Virus record (IMG/VR): IMGVR_UViG_3300017788_000032 | Location: 1 to 54,252 of that record | DNA: 54,252 bases | From: a virus | Taxonomy: Duplodnaviria > Caudoviricetes | Reading direction: 5' to 3' (one strand) | Part shown: positions 30,787-40,654 of the stretch, in pieces | Layout of the letters: the number at the start of each line of letters is the position of its first letter | Numbering within the stretch: position 1 is the first letter of the stretch | The notes under the pieces: model-generated | Seen by the model: the letters and a program-made list of their open reading frames with translations, nothing else | The model's database searches: none | Told to the model about the DNA's origin: nothing | Translations under genes and position numbers: made by a program

Positions 30787-31629
30787 CTATTTATTAGGAG
30801 ATAATGGGTTTGCAATGCTTGCTTTACTCTGCTCTTTTTCTAATTTACTCATTTCTGTTTCATAAATGTTGGCTAAAACCATATTTTCTGCCAAAGTATT
30901 ATTGTCAAGATATTCCGGGGTGTAAAATAGTTTACTGACTAAAATATATTGTAATTCTAAAATACTCTTTAAATTTGCATTATACAACGCTTTAAGTATT
31001 TCCAGTAAAGAGAGATTGTAAGGTGAAAGTGTTACGCGTTGTTCATTTTTTTTACCCACTTCTAAAACTAATGTTTTAAAAGATTCGTTAATTTCATCAC
31101 TAAATGTTTTAATATGCTTGGTAATTTCAGCAGGTAGCATGTCATAAAGATCTTGTCTATTAGAAGGGTAGACAATCTCTTTACCATCAAAAAATACTTG
31201 AGAAATTGAGTCATAAAACACATCATACAAAGTTTCAAATTGTAAGAGTTTGGGCAGAGTTACTCTTACTTCAGCTTTATCTATTTTAATGGTTTTAGTA
31301 AATTCTGTTTTAAAATCTAAACATTTTTTAAGAAATGGTAGTAAGGAAAACTTAGCAGAAAGCGGGCCCTCCTTATATTCAATATCTGGAGATATGCATG
31401 TACATCTCAAAAGAAAGAGTGCACAAAATTTATCAAAATTTGTAAGTTTATAAAATTTGTCGGAATCAAGAATTGACTCTTCTAATATTTTATCAAAATA
31501 TTCAGCAATATGATCGTTATTATTATTAATTAAAAACTTATTAAGAGTCTTATATTGACTAAAAGTTATTTCTTTAACCTTTAGTTTTTCTCCTAACGTA
31601 GGGGCGTCAAAATTTATATAAAATGGCAT
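30787..31629 (-). CDS. Second gp26-like baseplate assembly protein (possibly with gp51-like C-terminus)
   Basis: PTLGEKLKVKEITFSQYK...LTNFDKFCALFLLRCTCI parallels the neighbouring gene. Confidence 0.45.
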   Translation of the reverse strand: MPFYINFDAPTLGEKLKVKEITFSQYKTLNKFLINNNNDHIAEYFDKILEESILDSDKFYKLTNFDKFCALFLLRCTCISPDIEYKEGPLSAKFSLLPFLKKCLDFKTEFTKTIKIDKAEVRVTLPKLLQFETLYDVFYDSISQVFFDGKEIVYPSNRQDLYDMLPAEITKHIKTFSDEINESFKTLVLEVGKKNEQRVTLSPYNLSLLEILKALYNANLKSILELQYILVSKLFYTPEYLDNNTLAENMVLANIYETEMSKLEKEQSKASIANPLSPNK

Positions 31630-32537
31630 TATAAGAATCCAAGAGGATTTATGCTTCCAATACCATTTTGGAAGCTGGTAACCCTCGGTATGGATCCATT
31701 GGCTATTCTATTAACAATATCAGCAATAGGCAAGTAAAGATTATTTTCAACCGTATAATTTGAATATGTCCATCTAGTATTATAAGTTATCATCCTGGAG
31801 TCAGTGTAGTCTAGGGATTGTTCAGCTATTTGATATGGCATACAGTTATAAAAAGTAAATACTTTTCTAGGTATCATAGATATTCCGTTGTATGTAAATG
31901 CATACTGAAGTAATGTCATATTTACTTTCATATTTCTAATATCTTTCCTACCATTTACATCGCCGGGTCTTGCAGCTAAGCCGTAATGAGATCCTAATAT
32001 TACCCAAGGTCTTAAAACAAAATCTATAAATGAGGTATTGGTTTCTTTAAAATCTATAACAAGTTCGGGCGGTTCTGTATTTCTCTTGCTACCTAAAATA
32101 CCGGGTAAAAAGCCTCTATTATTAGATACTGTAGCGCTCATTACTTCAAATTGCTCTGTCGGGATAGTTACTTCATTTGCAAATAAACAGCCTACTACTT
32201 TTTGTAATGGAAAGCTTTTTAAAATGTTTACTGCAGTATCAATATTAAAGCCTTTTTTACTACCGTCAACGCGTTCTAATCCTTGAATTAAGCTTGTCCT
32301 TAATGCAGGAGGATATCTATCAATAACTATAATCCATTGCGTAGGGTTGGGAAGCGCGGTAAACCACGATTCCATTTGTACGAGAAAATAATCTCGAGGA
32401 CTAATTAATGGTACCCCGGGTATATTAAACCCAAAGAGACTGGTTACTTGAGGAGCAAAAGAAGGATTAGTACCGTCAACTAAACCGGTAAAATTTGTAC
32501 CAAGCCCTTGAAGTGCTTCAGTGAATGGATTATTCAC
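31629..32537 (-). CDS. Tail-tube-fold protein (gp54-like tube initiator)
   Basis: ANEVTIP...IDFKET...FTFYNCMPYQIAEQSLDY...TRWTY; adjacent to gp19. GTG start. Confidence 0.55.
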   Translation of the reverse strand: MNNPFTEALQGLGTNFTGLVDGTNPSFAPQVTSLFGFNIPGVPLISPRDYFLVQMESWFTALPNPTQWIIVIDRYPPALRTSLIQGLERVDGSKKGFNIDTAVNILKSFPLQKVVGCLFANEVTIPTEQFEVMSATVSNNRGFLPGILGSKRNTEPPELVIDFKETNTSFIDFVLRPWVILGSHYGLAARPGDVNGRKDIRNMKVNMTLLQYAFTYNGISMIPRKVFTFYNCMPYQIAEQSLDYTDSRMITYNTRWTYSNYTVENNLYLPIADIVNRIANGSIPRVTSFQNGIGSINPLGFL

Positions 32538-32553
32538 CTAATTATTTAATAAC

Positions 32554-33102
32554 TTAACTTAACTTACGCCAGTAGTGATAGGATACCGTTGCAGTAAACT
32601 CAATTGTCTCGCCTGTTCCAGTAGCAATATTGTAAGTAAGAGGGCCTACATTTCTTACGGAAACTCCGACTAATTGATACTGGGCAACGCTATTTAACTG
32701 ATTGTCTAGTTGTACTAGATCAATAATAGCGGTTTGTTTAGGTGAGAAATAATTACCTGTCGAAGTAGCGTCATTAAAGATGTCTGTTGACCACTGTTCA
32801 AACTTCTGACGAATTTGTGATTGTGCATCAGCATAAAAGGTGAGATCGTAGGCATCACTACCTGGATACTGTGCAGCGCCAGGAAGATTAAAGTTGAGAC
32901 CCATGTAAGGAACCTCAACATTTTTAATAGAACGAGCGGGCAATGTGGCTGTCTTTACATATACTAGATCGTCCTGATCAAAAGTTACTGTGCTAGCACC
33001 ACCGGTATTAATTGAAAGTACACGGAAGTTAAAATCACGTGCGAATTCACGCGATGCTGCTATTCTATAAAAGTCGGTAATTAATTGATTTACGTCAGCC
33101 AT
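32554..33102 (-). CDS. gp19: Tail tube protein, T4 gp19-like
   Basis: VKTATLPA...VEVPYMG...IRQKFEQW...LVQLD...EFTATVSYHYW. Confidence 0.88.
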   Translation of the reverse strand: MADVNQLITDFYRIAASREFARDFNFRVLSINTGGASTVTFDQDDLVYVKTATLPARSIKNVEVPYMGLNFNLPGAAQYPGSDAYDLTFYADAQSQIRQKFEQWSTDIFNDATSTGNYFSPKQTAIIDLVQLDNQLNSVAQYQLVGVSVRNVGPLTYNIATGTGETIEFTATVSYHYWRKLS

Positions 33103-33117
33103 AAAATTATTTATCTA

Positions 33118-35409
33118 TTAGGTTACAATCTCCTGGAAGGTTGTTCCGGTTCTTGTAGCATAGAAATTAACCAATATATACTCTGCAGCTCTTACCGGTT
33201 TAATGTATATATCGACAATAACTGTATTATCATCAATAACTGCAGGTGTGTTGTTTCTCTCATCACAAATTAATAGATAGTCGTATATACCTTGTGTATT
33301 CTTTGCATTATCAAAGATTGGTGTCAAGCTATTAATAATCTGTGTACGGGTAAATAATGTGTTAGGCTCGAACAAGAAATACTTAACTGTATCTCTTGTA
33401 GCGGTTTCAAGGCTTAAGAACAATCTACGTACGTTAATACGGTCAAAAGCACTTGGCTTCTTCTGTAAAGTCTTTTGACCGAAGATTACATAACCTTCAG
33501 CAGGGAAGAACGTTACGGGATTTAAATTAATCTTATAAACCTGATCACGTTGCTTCTGCTTGGGATAAACTGCTAGATCTACTACACCGGTTAAAACGCC
33601 GCGAGTAAATCCTGCAGGAGCAAACCAGGGCTGGAAGTTACTATCGGTTGAAGCCATGGCAGCTGCAGCAAAGCCTGAGAATGGAACCCAAACTTGCTGA
33701 TTCGTTGCAACGTCGGCTACTTTAGCCAAATTAGCGAAAGCACAAGCATAACTTGAATCAATACTTGCAAACTGATTCTTTAGTGGCCAGTAAATATTGC
33801 TTGAAAACGAATTGCTAGGTATATCAAGAGTCTTAATATTTGCACCCTGTACGAATATATTTGAAATTACATCTGCTATAAAGAGATGGTCTTTACGAGC
33901 TTTGGCAAGATTTAGAAATGCGTTAGCAACTGCATTATAGCGTGTTACCGGAGTAGGTACTGAGCCGGGATTCTGTACTGTTAGTGCACTAACCAATGCA
34001 TCATAAGGTACAGTATCATCAAAGTAACCAAATGTTGAAGGGTTAAACGAATTAACATAAATTGTTCCAAGACCGGCTTCTACAGAGATATTAAGCGGAT
34101 AAAGATCGACATTGCTTATCTTTTCTGCCGCATTACTAATCTTAGTAGGAATATTACCGACAATCTTGGTTGAAAGATCGAGGTTACTGTAATCTCCTAA
34201 AGCATATAATGCGTTGGTTGTGCCTAGGATAGCGGCTAGTGAGACAACAGTACCAGAAGGTGCACCAACACGGGTTACATATTCTGAATCCGTTTCATCA
34301 GCTAGAGGATCAGCGAGTTGTGAGCTTAGGAAACGAGCCTTCTTAGTAGGTGCACCAGAGAGATTCAACCATGTTGTACCATTTTTATTAGAAATATTGG
34401 GATTAATAATGGTTGTAATGTTTGTCGAAGCTTGATCGGCAATCTCAATAAAGAAGCTTACTGCGGGGCCACCATTAATACTATTAATTTGTCTATTAGC
34501 GTCCATTGAGGCGGTATAACCTTCTTGTAGGACATAATCAAGAGCAATTGTATCTGGCGAATAGACGGACTGTCTTAGTTTGAATACACCAACTGTGATT
34601 GTATCATCAAATTGATTTGAAGAAATATCGAATGTTGGGATATTCTCGATTACCTCTGACAAGCTGCCTTGTAGGCCGGCTGAATCTGCAGAAAGAGTAA
34701 AGTTAAGTCTTACATCAGGGATGTTAACGTACTGTGAACCAAAAATTGCTGTGGTGTCTGAATTAATTGAATATACAGAATTGACATCGTTAAAAGGGGT
34801 TGCGGGGTTTAAATTGGTATTATCAATAACTCCGATATAGGTGCCTTCAAACTTTGAATTTATTGTTGATTGTGCTTTGTTAAGAACAATCATTCCTGCA
34901 GCACTAAGAGAATTGACGGTTGAAAATGTTGTTAATCCGTATGTATCGCCGGACCATGTAAATCCGTCACCTTTAAGAATTGAAAGGTATTCAGATTGAT
35001 TTAATTTTAAGTGGGTCGGTGAACCGAAGAAGTAAACACTGTTAGGCTGTGTAAGATCGCTTGTTACAGATCCGTTGACATAAGAGCGTACAGGGTAAAC
35101 GAGGGCACTATATTCATCGCTCGTGTCGATTCCGGCTCCAGCACCATAAGGTAAGCGATAAACAATTACGCTTGCAGGTGACTGTAGCGCTACTTTAACA
35201 GAGTGATAAAAATATCTCTCTGCTGAATTTGTAGGTATGCCAAAAATCTGTTCGAATTCGGAAAGCGAAGAAACGCTAATTGGTTCAGATGTTGGTCCTT
35301 TATCCGCAAACCCGGGAATAAATACGGTGGTTGCTGGGGTTCCTACACCTCTTAGCGATAAATCTCTTTCAATAATTTCAACCCCGGGACTTTGAATTGT
35401 ACGTGCCAT
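33118..35409 (-). CDS. gp18: Tail sheath protein, T4 gp18-like
   Basis: SPGVEIIERDLS, PWFAPAGFTRG, FDRINVRRLF, FEPN, ICDERNNT, IYIKPVRAAEYI. Confidence 0.97.
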   Translation of the reverse strand: MARTIQSPGVEIIERDLSLRGVGTPATTVFIPGFADKGPTSEPISVSSLSEFEQIFGIPTNSAERYFYHSVKVALQSPASVIVYRLPYGAGAGIDTSDEYSALVYPVRSYVNGSVTSDLTQPNSVYFFGSPTHLKLNQSEYLSILKGDGFTWSGDTYGLTTFSTVNSLSAAGMIVLNKAQSTINSKFEGTYIGVIDNTNLNPATPFNDVNSVYSINSDTTAIFGSQYVNIPDVRLNFTLSADSAGLQGSLSEVIENIPTFDISSNQFDDTITVGVFKLRQSVYSPDTIALDYVLQEGYTASMDANRQINSINGGPAVSFFIEIADQASTNITTIINPNISNKNGTTWLNLSGAPTKKARFLSSQLADPLADETDSEYVTRVGAPSGTVVSLAAILGTTNALYALGDYSNLDLSTKIVGNIPTKISNAAEKISNVDLYPLNISVEAGLGTIYVNSFNPSTFGYFDDTVPYDALVSALTVQNPGSVPTPVTRYNAVANAFLNLAKARKDHLFIADVISNIFVQGANIKTLDIPSNSFSSNIYWPLKNQFASIDSSYACAFANLAKVADVATNQQVWVPFSGFAAAAMASTDSNFQPWFAPAGFTRGVLTGVVDLAVYPKQKQRDQVYKINLNPVTFFPAEGYVIFGQKTLQKKPSAFDRINVRRLFLSLETATRDTVKYFLFEPNTLFTRTQIINSLTPIFDNAKNTQGIYDYLLICDERNNTPAVIDDNTVIVDIYIKPVRAAEYILVNFYATRTGTTFQEIVT

Positions 35410-35415
35410 ATAAAG

Positions 35416-35421
35416 TATTTA
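35416..35421 (-). promoter_or_regulatory. T4-late-type promoter for tail sheath
   Basis: TAAATA, then 6 nt to ATG 35409. The same arrangement precedes gp19 (33108-33113) and 32537 (32543-32548). Confidence 0.7.
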
Positions 35422-35449
35422 TGTTTTTTTGGATAAAACTTTTTGATTT

Positions 35450-36103
35450 TTATAAATTATCTACCTGTTCAACCAGAGATATTTCCAGCTGAGAATACTC
35501 AAAAGTAAAGAAAGTTTCTAATTCTGTAGAGTCTCTATTATTAAAATTAATACTTCCCAGTGTAGTTGGAAAGGCATCTTTATATATAAACTCTATAGTT
35601 CTTTTGTCGTATTCATCTAATGCAAATAATGAAAAATTAGCTCTAAATCTAAGATAATCATAACCTAATGCATTTAAATCTCTAGAGGTCGCTTTGTTTG
35701 AATTGGCCCCTGTTCTTGCATCTGTTTTAGTCAAATTTTCTGCATCATAATAACTAAGTCGGGCATTATTTAAAAGATCTAACCATTTATAAATGATCCA
35801 ATAGTTGTTAAATCTGTTGTCAACGGTAAAGTTCACGGTAACCGGAGGGTAGGGATCTCGTGAATGACTAGAATTATTTAAAGTTTGTCCAGAATATCTT
35901 ATTTGTATTGCAGGGACGGTAACTTCAGGAACAATAGCGCCAAATACTGAAAACTGTAATGAGTCAGGATTTACTGTTTCATTACTACGGGTAACAGATC
36001 TAGAAATTTCTTTTAAACAGGGGGGTAAATTTAAGACGAATAAAAATTTATCTTTACGCGTCTTGTTAAAAGGGCTTTGAGTGTATGTAACTAGATTTGC
36101 CAT
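35450..36103 (-). CDS. Tail completion/tube terminator protein, gp3-like
   Basis: VPEVTVP...YPPVTVNFTVDNRFNNYWIIYKWL...YKDAFPTTLGSINF. Confidence 0.7.
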   Translation of the reverse strand: MANLVTYTQSPFNKTRKDKFLFVLNLPPCLKEISRSVTRSNETVNPDSLQFSVFGAIVPEVTVPAIQIRYSGQTLNNSSHSRDPYPPVTVNFTVDNRFNNYWIIYKWLDLLNNARLSYYDAENLTKTDARTGANSNKATSRDLNALGYDYLRFRANFSLFALDEYDKRTIEFIYKDAFPTTLGSINFNNRDSTELETFFTFEYSQLEISLVEQVDNL

Positions 36104-36106
36104 ATA

Positions 36107-37128
36107 TTAATATATAGGGTAGCGGATTATTACTACACCAGATCCTCCTGCTCCTCCTCCTGCTGGCCTGAAGTGTAATTGCCTCCACCACCTCCACCTC
36201 CTAAGCCATTAGTACCGGGTAACCCCATAGCATTGTTTGGGTAATCATACCAACAACCTCCAGCACCACCTCCGCCTAATCCTCCGTTAATACGAGTAAA
36301 TGCTACATTATAGTACGCATTGCTACCCGCGCCGCCGCCTGCATAAAAAGTAGCTATCCCAGTAATATTACACATTATACCGGTACCACCTTCACCACCC
36401 ATATAGTAAGGATCAGCAGTTTCACCGCTTCCTCCTGCTCCTCCGCCTCCACCGCCTGCATAGGATGTATAGGAGCCGTTCCCTCCACCACCTCCATTGC
36501 CCCCTAAAACACCATTAGTACCTTTTGAGCCTGCACCACCTGTAGCAAAAGGAGAATTATCTACTGCTCCTGCTCCGCCTCCACAGCCACCGGGTCTACC
36601 GTTAGTATAAGTTAAATTTGAGTTCCAATATGTGCCGCCTCCACCACCCCCGGCGACACTGTAAATATCGAATTGTGATGCACCGCCATCACCGCCTACA
36701 GTATTATTATACCTAACTGCACCGCCTGCAGTACCCCCTGCACCGACAACTACAGTCTTATTGCCAAAAGTAACTGGAACGCTGGTATTATAGTAAACGC
36801 CTCCTGCACCACCACCTCCAGCTAGATCCCCCCCTCCACCTCCGCCTCCACCAACTACTAAAACTTCTACCGTAGGGTTATTCTGTGCTAAAGAAATATT
36901 AAAAGAACTAGTTCCAACAGATGTAAAGGTATGTATTTTGTATCGTATACCTCTTTCTACAATTTCAGTTACACTGTTTCCCCCTGTTGCTATTATTAAA
37001 GGTCTGCCTGCAGCGGTAAGTGAAGCTACTGTCGTTTTATATGTTGTAGTTGCATCAGAAATAGGCAATACCTGTGATCCTGCAAGGTTGGGTACCGTAT
37101 TGAGCTGGTTAATGGTTACGTCGGCCAT
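36107..37128 (-). CDS. Glycine-rich fibre/decoration protein, apparent frameshift near 36165
   Basis: YKIHTFTS, VEVLVVGGGGGGG and YAGGG motifs. The canonical ending AGGSGVVIIRYPIY* is present in an adjacent frame ending at 36107; the ORF track stops at 36133. Confidence 0.8.
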
Positions 37129-37140
37129 TAAATTATTTAA

Positions 37141-39327
37141 TTAAAGTCGACGCCAACCTTGAGATTCTAGATCCTTAACTTCGTCAAATTCATTATTATT
37201 ATCGCCTTGTACGACAATGGGTAGGGGAGGTAAGGTACCGCCTGCCTCCTTTTCATTATTATAGATGGATGCGGGATTAATAAAATATTTGATTCCAAAA
37301 TCTAAAGATTTTAACTTTAACGGTTTTTTATTAAAATCGTATTCAACTACTTCAAAATATTTTTCTACTAACTCATTCTCTAATATCATTAATCCCCATA
37401 ATAAACTCATTACTCTATCATCCCAGCTATCTGAACCCTGTTTTGCAGCCCACGTACCATTTGGATAGCGTACAAAGCCTTTTAATTCGTTAAGAGTGTT
37501 AAGATCTCTAATCTTTAAAACTTTTAATTCTGACATCCAATATCTCATATTTATCACGCCCTTATATTTTGTGTTGGTGTGAGCTTGTACCCCGATCTTG
37601 TTAAATGAAACAGGTCCTGATTTTATCCCGTAAGAAACTATATTCTCATAACCTAAAGTATTCTTAAGTTGATCAACAACTTGGGCACCACAATTATTTC
37701 TTTCAATTAAAGCTAAGGGTGATCCCCAATGTTTTAAAATTTCGTGTAATTTGGTTGTAAAGTTATATGGGCTTATAGTGCGGTCGTGATATGTTGCTAC
37801 CTGTCTAATTTCTCTAAGATCGGTAATATCCATAACTTGAATTACGCTTGCAGCTTCTCCTACACCCTCGCTTATATCAACCCCTACAACATAAATTTTA
37901 TCCTTATTGGGTTCTTCCCACATCAAATATTTTCCATTTTCAAAAACAAAGTTAGGTTCTGTACATTCGGTTTTCATTTCTTCAAAAAGTTTTTCATCGA
38001 TTGCACTTTCACCGGACTGTAAAAATACATTTCCGAACTCTTGATCGAAAACTTCTCTACTACCTAAAGTACGAATTGTCTTTTCTTTCCATACCTCATC
38101 ACGTCCGGGAAATTCCCACCAATCAACTTTTTCAGCATGCCAATCGTTTTTCTTTTCTATAGCCCCTGAATATAATTCATGAAAAAGATTTCCTGTACCG
38201 TTTGGGGTTGAAGCAACAAATATTTTAGATTTCTTAGAAGATGAGATAATTGGATATACTGAACTCCAGAATTGCTCAACAAGGTGGTTGTCAATAAATG
38301 CTAACTCGTCCAAGATAAGAACATTACAGCTATCGCCTCTACCTGCATCACTACTTGTTGTCGAAATACCAATACTAGACCCGTTACCAAGTGACATTGA
38401 TGTTTTCCCATATTCTACAGTTCCTGGTTTAAGGTAGTTCGGTAGTTTCTCATAAGCTAAACGAACTCTCTTAAAAATGTTAATAGCAGTTTGCTCTTTA
38501 TTGGCAACAATAAGAATACGCTGGTCTTCAAAAAAGCTTGCTATCCATAATGCATATATGGTCATTAAGGTGGTATTACTTGTTGGTACATATTGCCTTC
38601 CGCAAAGAAAAGTACCTGTCTCATTATCTACTGTAATACATCTTACTGGTACAGATTTGACCGGTTTAATTGATTTAATGTAATGCCATTGCGCTCTGCT
38701 TTTAAGTTTATTTTTAAATTTCTTGCATACTGGTATTCTATGATTAGGTTCTTGCCTTGTTTTTGATTTTGTAAGTAAAGTCTCAGAAATATTTTTAGTC
38801 GTTTTTTTTGAGCCATTAATATTGTTATTGCGTTGAGCTCTAGTCTGCGTAAACCAAAGATGGTCTTCATCAGCAATTATCTTTTCACCATTATCAAATT
38901 CTACCTCATAACAGTTTCTATCTGTTAAGATATCATGGGCTTTAGCCACTTTACACTGCTTACCATCAATACCAAAAACTATATCACCGTCTTTTAGCTC
39001 ACCCATGGTAGTCCATCCTAAAGGTGTGGGTATAGGTGTATCTAGTGCTAGAGCTTTACCAATTTGACGAGAAGCAAGTAAACATACAAATCTATTATCT
39101 CTCAAACTTCTTAAAATACGCTTTTGATAAGAGTGTAACTTTATCTTCATCTTACCTTCGTCTAGATTTGTTATGTAAAAGAAGTTTTCTGCAAAGTATA
39201 GAATATTCTTTCTACACTTAGCAATATCATTTACCCATTCAGGATGTGCTTCATAATCGAATGTAGCATCCGAGGTGGGTAGGTTTTGATTACCTAAATA
39301 AAATTGACTTTCTTGTTTTTTAGGCAT
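37141..39327 (-). CDS. gp17: Terminase large subunit, T4 gp17-like, containing an intein
   Basis: RQIGK/TT Walker A, LILDELAF Walker B, ASTPNG, FDQEF, GVDISEG, DDRVMSL. Confidence 0.96.
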   Translation of the reverse strand: MPKKQESQFYLGNQNLPTSDATFDYEAHPEWVNDIAKCRKNILYFAENFFYITNLDEGKMKIKLHSYQKRILRSLRDNRFVCLLASRQIGKALALDTPIPTPLGWTTMGELKDGDIVFGIDGKQCKVAKAHDILTDRNCYEVEFDNGEKIIADEDHLWFTQTRAQRNNNINGSKKTTKNISETLLTKSKTRQEPNHRIPVCKKFKNKLKSRAQWHYIKSIKPVKSVPVRCITVDNETGTFLCGRQYVPTSNTTLMTIYALWIASFFEDQRILIVANKEQTAINIFKRVRLAYEKLPNYLKPGTVEYGKTSMSLGNGSSIGISTTSSDAGRGDSCNVLILDELAFIDNHLVEQFWSSVYPIISSSKKSKIFVASTPNGTGNLFHELYSGAIEKKNDWHAEKVDWWEFPGRDEVWKEKTIRTLGSREVFDQEFGNVFLQSGESAIDEKLFEEMKTECTEPNFVFENGKYLMWEEPNKDKIYVVGVDISEGVGEAASVIQVMDITDLREIRQVATYHDRTISPYNFTTKLHEILKHWGSPLALIERNNCGAQVVDQLKNTLGYENIVSYGIKSGPVSFNKIGVQAHTNTKYKGVINMRYWMSELKVLKIRDLNTLNELKGFVRYPNGTWAAKQGSDSWDDRVMSLLWGLMILENELVEKYFEVVEYDFNKKPLKLKSLDFGIKYFINPASIYNNEKEAGGTLPPLPIVVQGDNNNEFDEVKDLESQGWRRL
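38575..39054 (-). mobile_element. Class 3 mini-intein (160 aa) in the terminase Walker A motif
   Basis: Starts ALALDTPIPTPLGW (Ala1), contains DHLW and VRCITVD, ends VPTSN before Thr+1. Removal restores RQIGKTT. No endonuclease domain visible. Confidence 0.92.
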
Positions 39328-39333
39328 ATATAG

Positions 39334-39341
39334 TATAAATA
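39334..39341 (+). promoter_or_regulatory. T4-late-type promoter in the 20-bp divergent gap
   Basis: TATAAATA, then 6 nt to ATG 39348. Confidence 0.7.
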
Positions 39342-39347
39342 CTTAAT

Positions 39348-40259
39348 ATGAACCAGACAAGAACGCTAGTAGAAATGGGTGCACACTATGAAAAGAGTGT
39401 CATCGAGGAAAAGAAGTCTATCTTTCCTCCAAAAGATACTTTTAAGCTAGCTACTGATAAGAAGCCAGTTGAAGCTAAAGCAGATCCAAAAGCTTTTATT
39501 AATAAAAAGTCTGGTCCGGAGAATGCTGATGGATTTAAAAAAGAAATCATTGATATTAAAGATCCAAAAATAGCTAAAAAGGAAAATTTCGTAGAACCTA
39601 AAAAATTCTCACAAAACCTCGAAAAAACAGAAGTTCAAACAATAAATACTAATATGAGTAAATCTATTTTTGACAAACTATATGAGGACGTCATGTCTGA
39701 TCAGTTAGAAGCTGATGTTAATGACGCTGAAGCCCTCGGTCTTCCTTCAAGCGATTCCGGTGAAAGCGCTGGTGGTGAAGAAGAAGTAACTTTCACCCTT
39801 TCTCGTGATGTAGCTCAGAAGCTCCACGACGTTCTAGTGGCTGCTCTCGGCGCTGAAGAAGCTTCCGACGAGGGTTCTGATGAAGGTGCTGGCGACGAAG
39901 TCGGCGCTCCTGAAGAAGCCAATGAAGAGAAGAAGAACGAAAAGAAGAAAGAAGAAGAAAAGGATGAAGATTCAGAGAATGTAGCTGCCGAAGCCACAGA
40001 GCTCAAGGAACTTCCTACTTCCGCCGGCGAAAGCCTTCAAAAGAAGGACAATAAAGTCGGTGATGTAACAAAGAGTTTGGTATCCCACGGTGCCGGTGAT
40101 TCAAAAGTCACTGACAAAGTTGGAAACGATGGTGAAAAGGGTCATGCCCTCGTCGGTGCAGGAGTAAAAGGTGGAGCTCCTACATCCCCTAAGGGTAAGG
40201 CTAATGTAGTTAACGCTAAGGCCTCTAAGGTCGGTGCTTACCTAGCTGGTCTAAAATAA
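39348..40259 (+). CDS. Acidic, low-complexity late protein (possible prohead core/internal protein)
   Basis: 303 aa, rich in Glu/Lys/Ala/Gly; has its own late promoter and terminator. Confidence 0.65.
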   Translation: MNQTRTLVEMGAHYEKSVIEEKKSIFPPKDTFKLATDKKPVEAKADPKAFINKKSGPENADGFKKEIIDIKDPKIAKKENFVEPKKFSQNLEKTEVQTINTNMSKSIFDKLYEDVMSDQLEADVNDAEALGLPSSDSGESAGGEEEVTFTLSRDVAQKLHDVLVAALGAEEASDEGSDEGAGDEVGAPEEANEEKKNEKKKEEEKDEDSENVAAEATELKELPTSAGESLQKKDNKVGDVTKSLVSHGAGDSKVTDKVGNDGEKGHALVGAGVKGGAPTSPKGKANVVNAKASKVGAYLAGLK

Positions 40260-40287
40260 TAGCGTTAAGTCAAAAATAGTAAAAATT

Positions 40288-40318
40288 AGGGCCTAAGTCA
40301 AATTAGGCCCTTTTTTTT
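40288..40318 (+). terminator. Rho-independent terminator
   Basis: AGGGCCTAA-gtcaaa-TTAGGCCCT hairpin running into a T8 tract. Confidence 0.9.
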
Positions 40319-40332
40319 GCTTAAATATCTAT

Positions 40333-40653
40333 ATGACGTTTAAAGACTTTTACAGTGGCAAAATAGGTACGGATAAGCGTCACATGCATCCGGTGGGTAG
40401 AGATGCCAGTTCACATCCCAAACACCCTGGACGCTTTGTACCGCACATGCATAGAACTATACATAAAAATCAAAAAGTAGAAGGTTTATTAAGAAAAACA
40501 TCAGGTAGAGCTATATTGAATGCTGCAGAAATTAGACAAGTAGAAGATGAATTTGGTGTAAAGTATTCAAGCACTACACCTAAAAAATTAGGTAATACCG
40601 GTGTTAGCTTGAGATTCGATCCTACTATAGGAAAGGCTGTACTAGAAAAATAA
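40333..40653 (+). CDS. Hypothetical basic late protein
   Basis: TAAATA 5 nt upstream; starts MTFKDFY; His/Arg/Lys-rich. Confidence 0.7.
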   Translation: MTFKDFYSGKIGTDKRHMHPVGRDASSHPKHPGRFVPHMHRTIHKNQKVEGLLRKTSGRAILNAAEIRQVEDEFGVKYSSTTPKKLGNTGVSLRFDPTIGKAVLEK

Positions 40654-40654
40654 T

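Noticed and set aside
36107-36170. Alternative C-termini of the Gly-rich fibre by programmed frameshifting
   Set aside because: No slippery heptamer is visible; a single missing base restores the canonical GGSGVVIIRY ending.
38643-38876. Nested ORF inside the intein as a homing endonuclease remnant
   Set aside because: No LAGLIDADG or HNH motif; it is an alternate-frame by-product.
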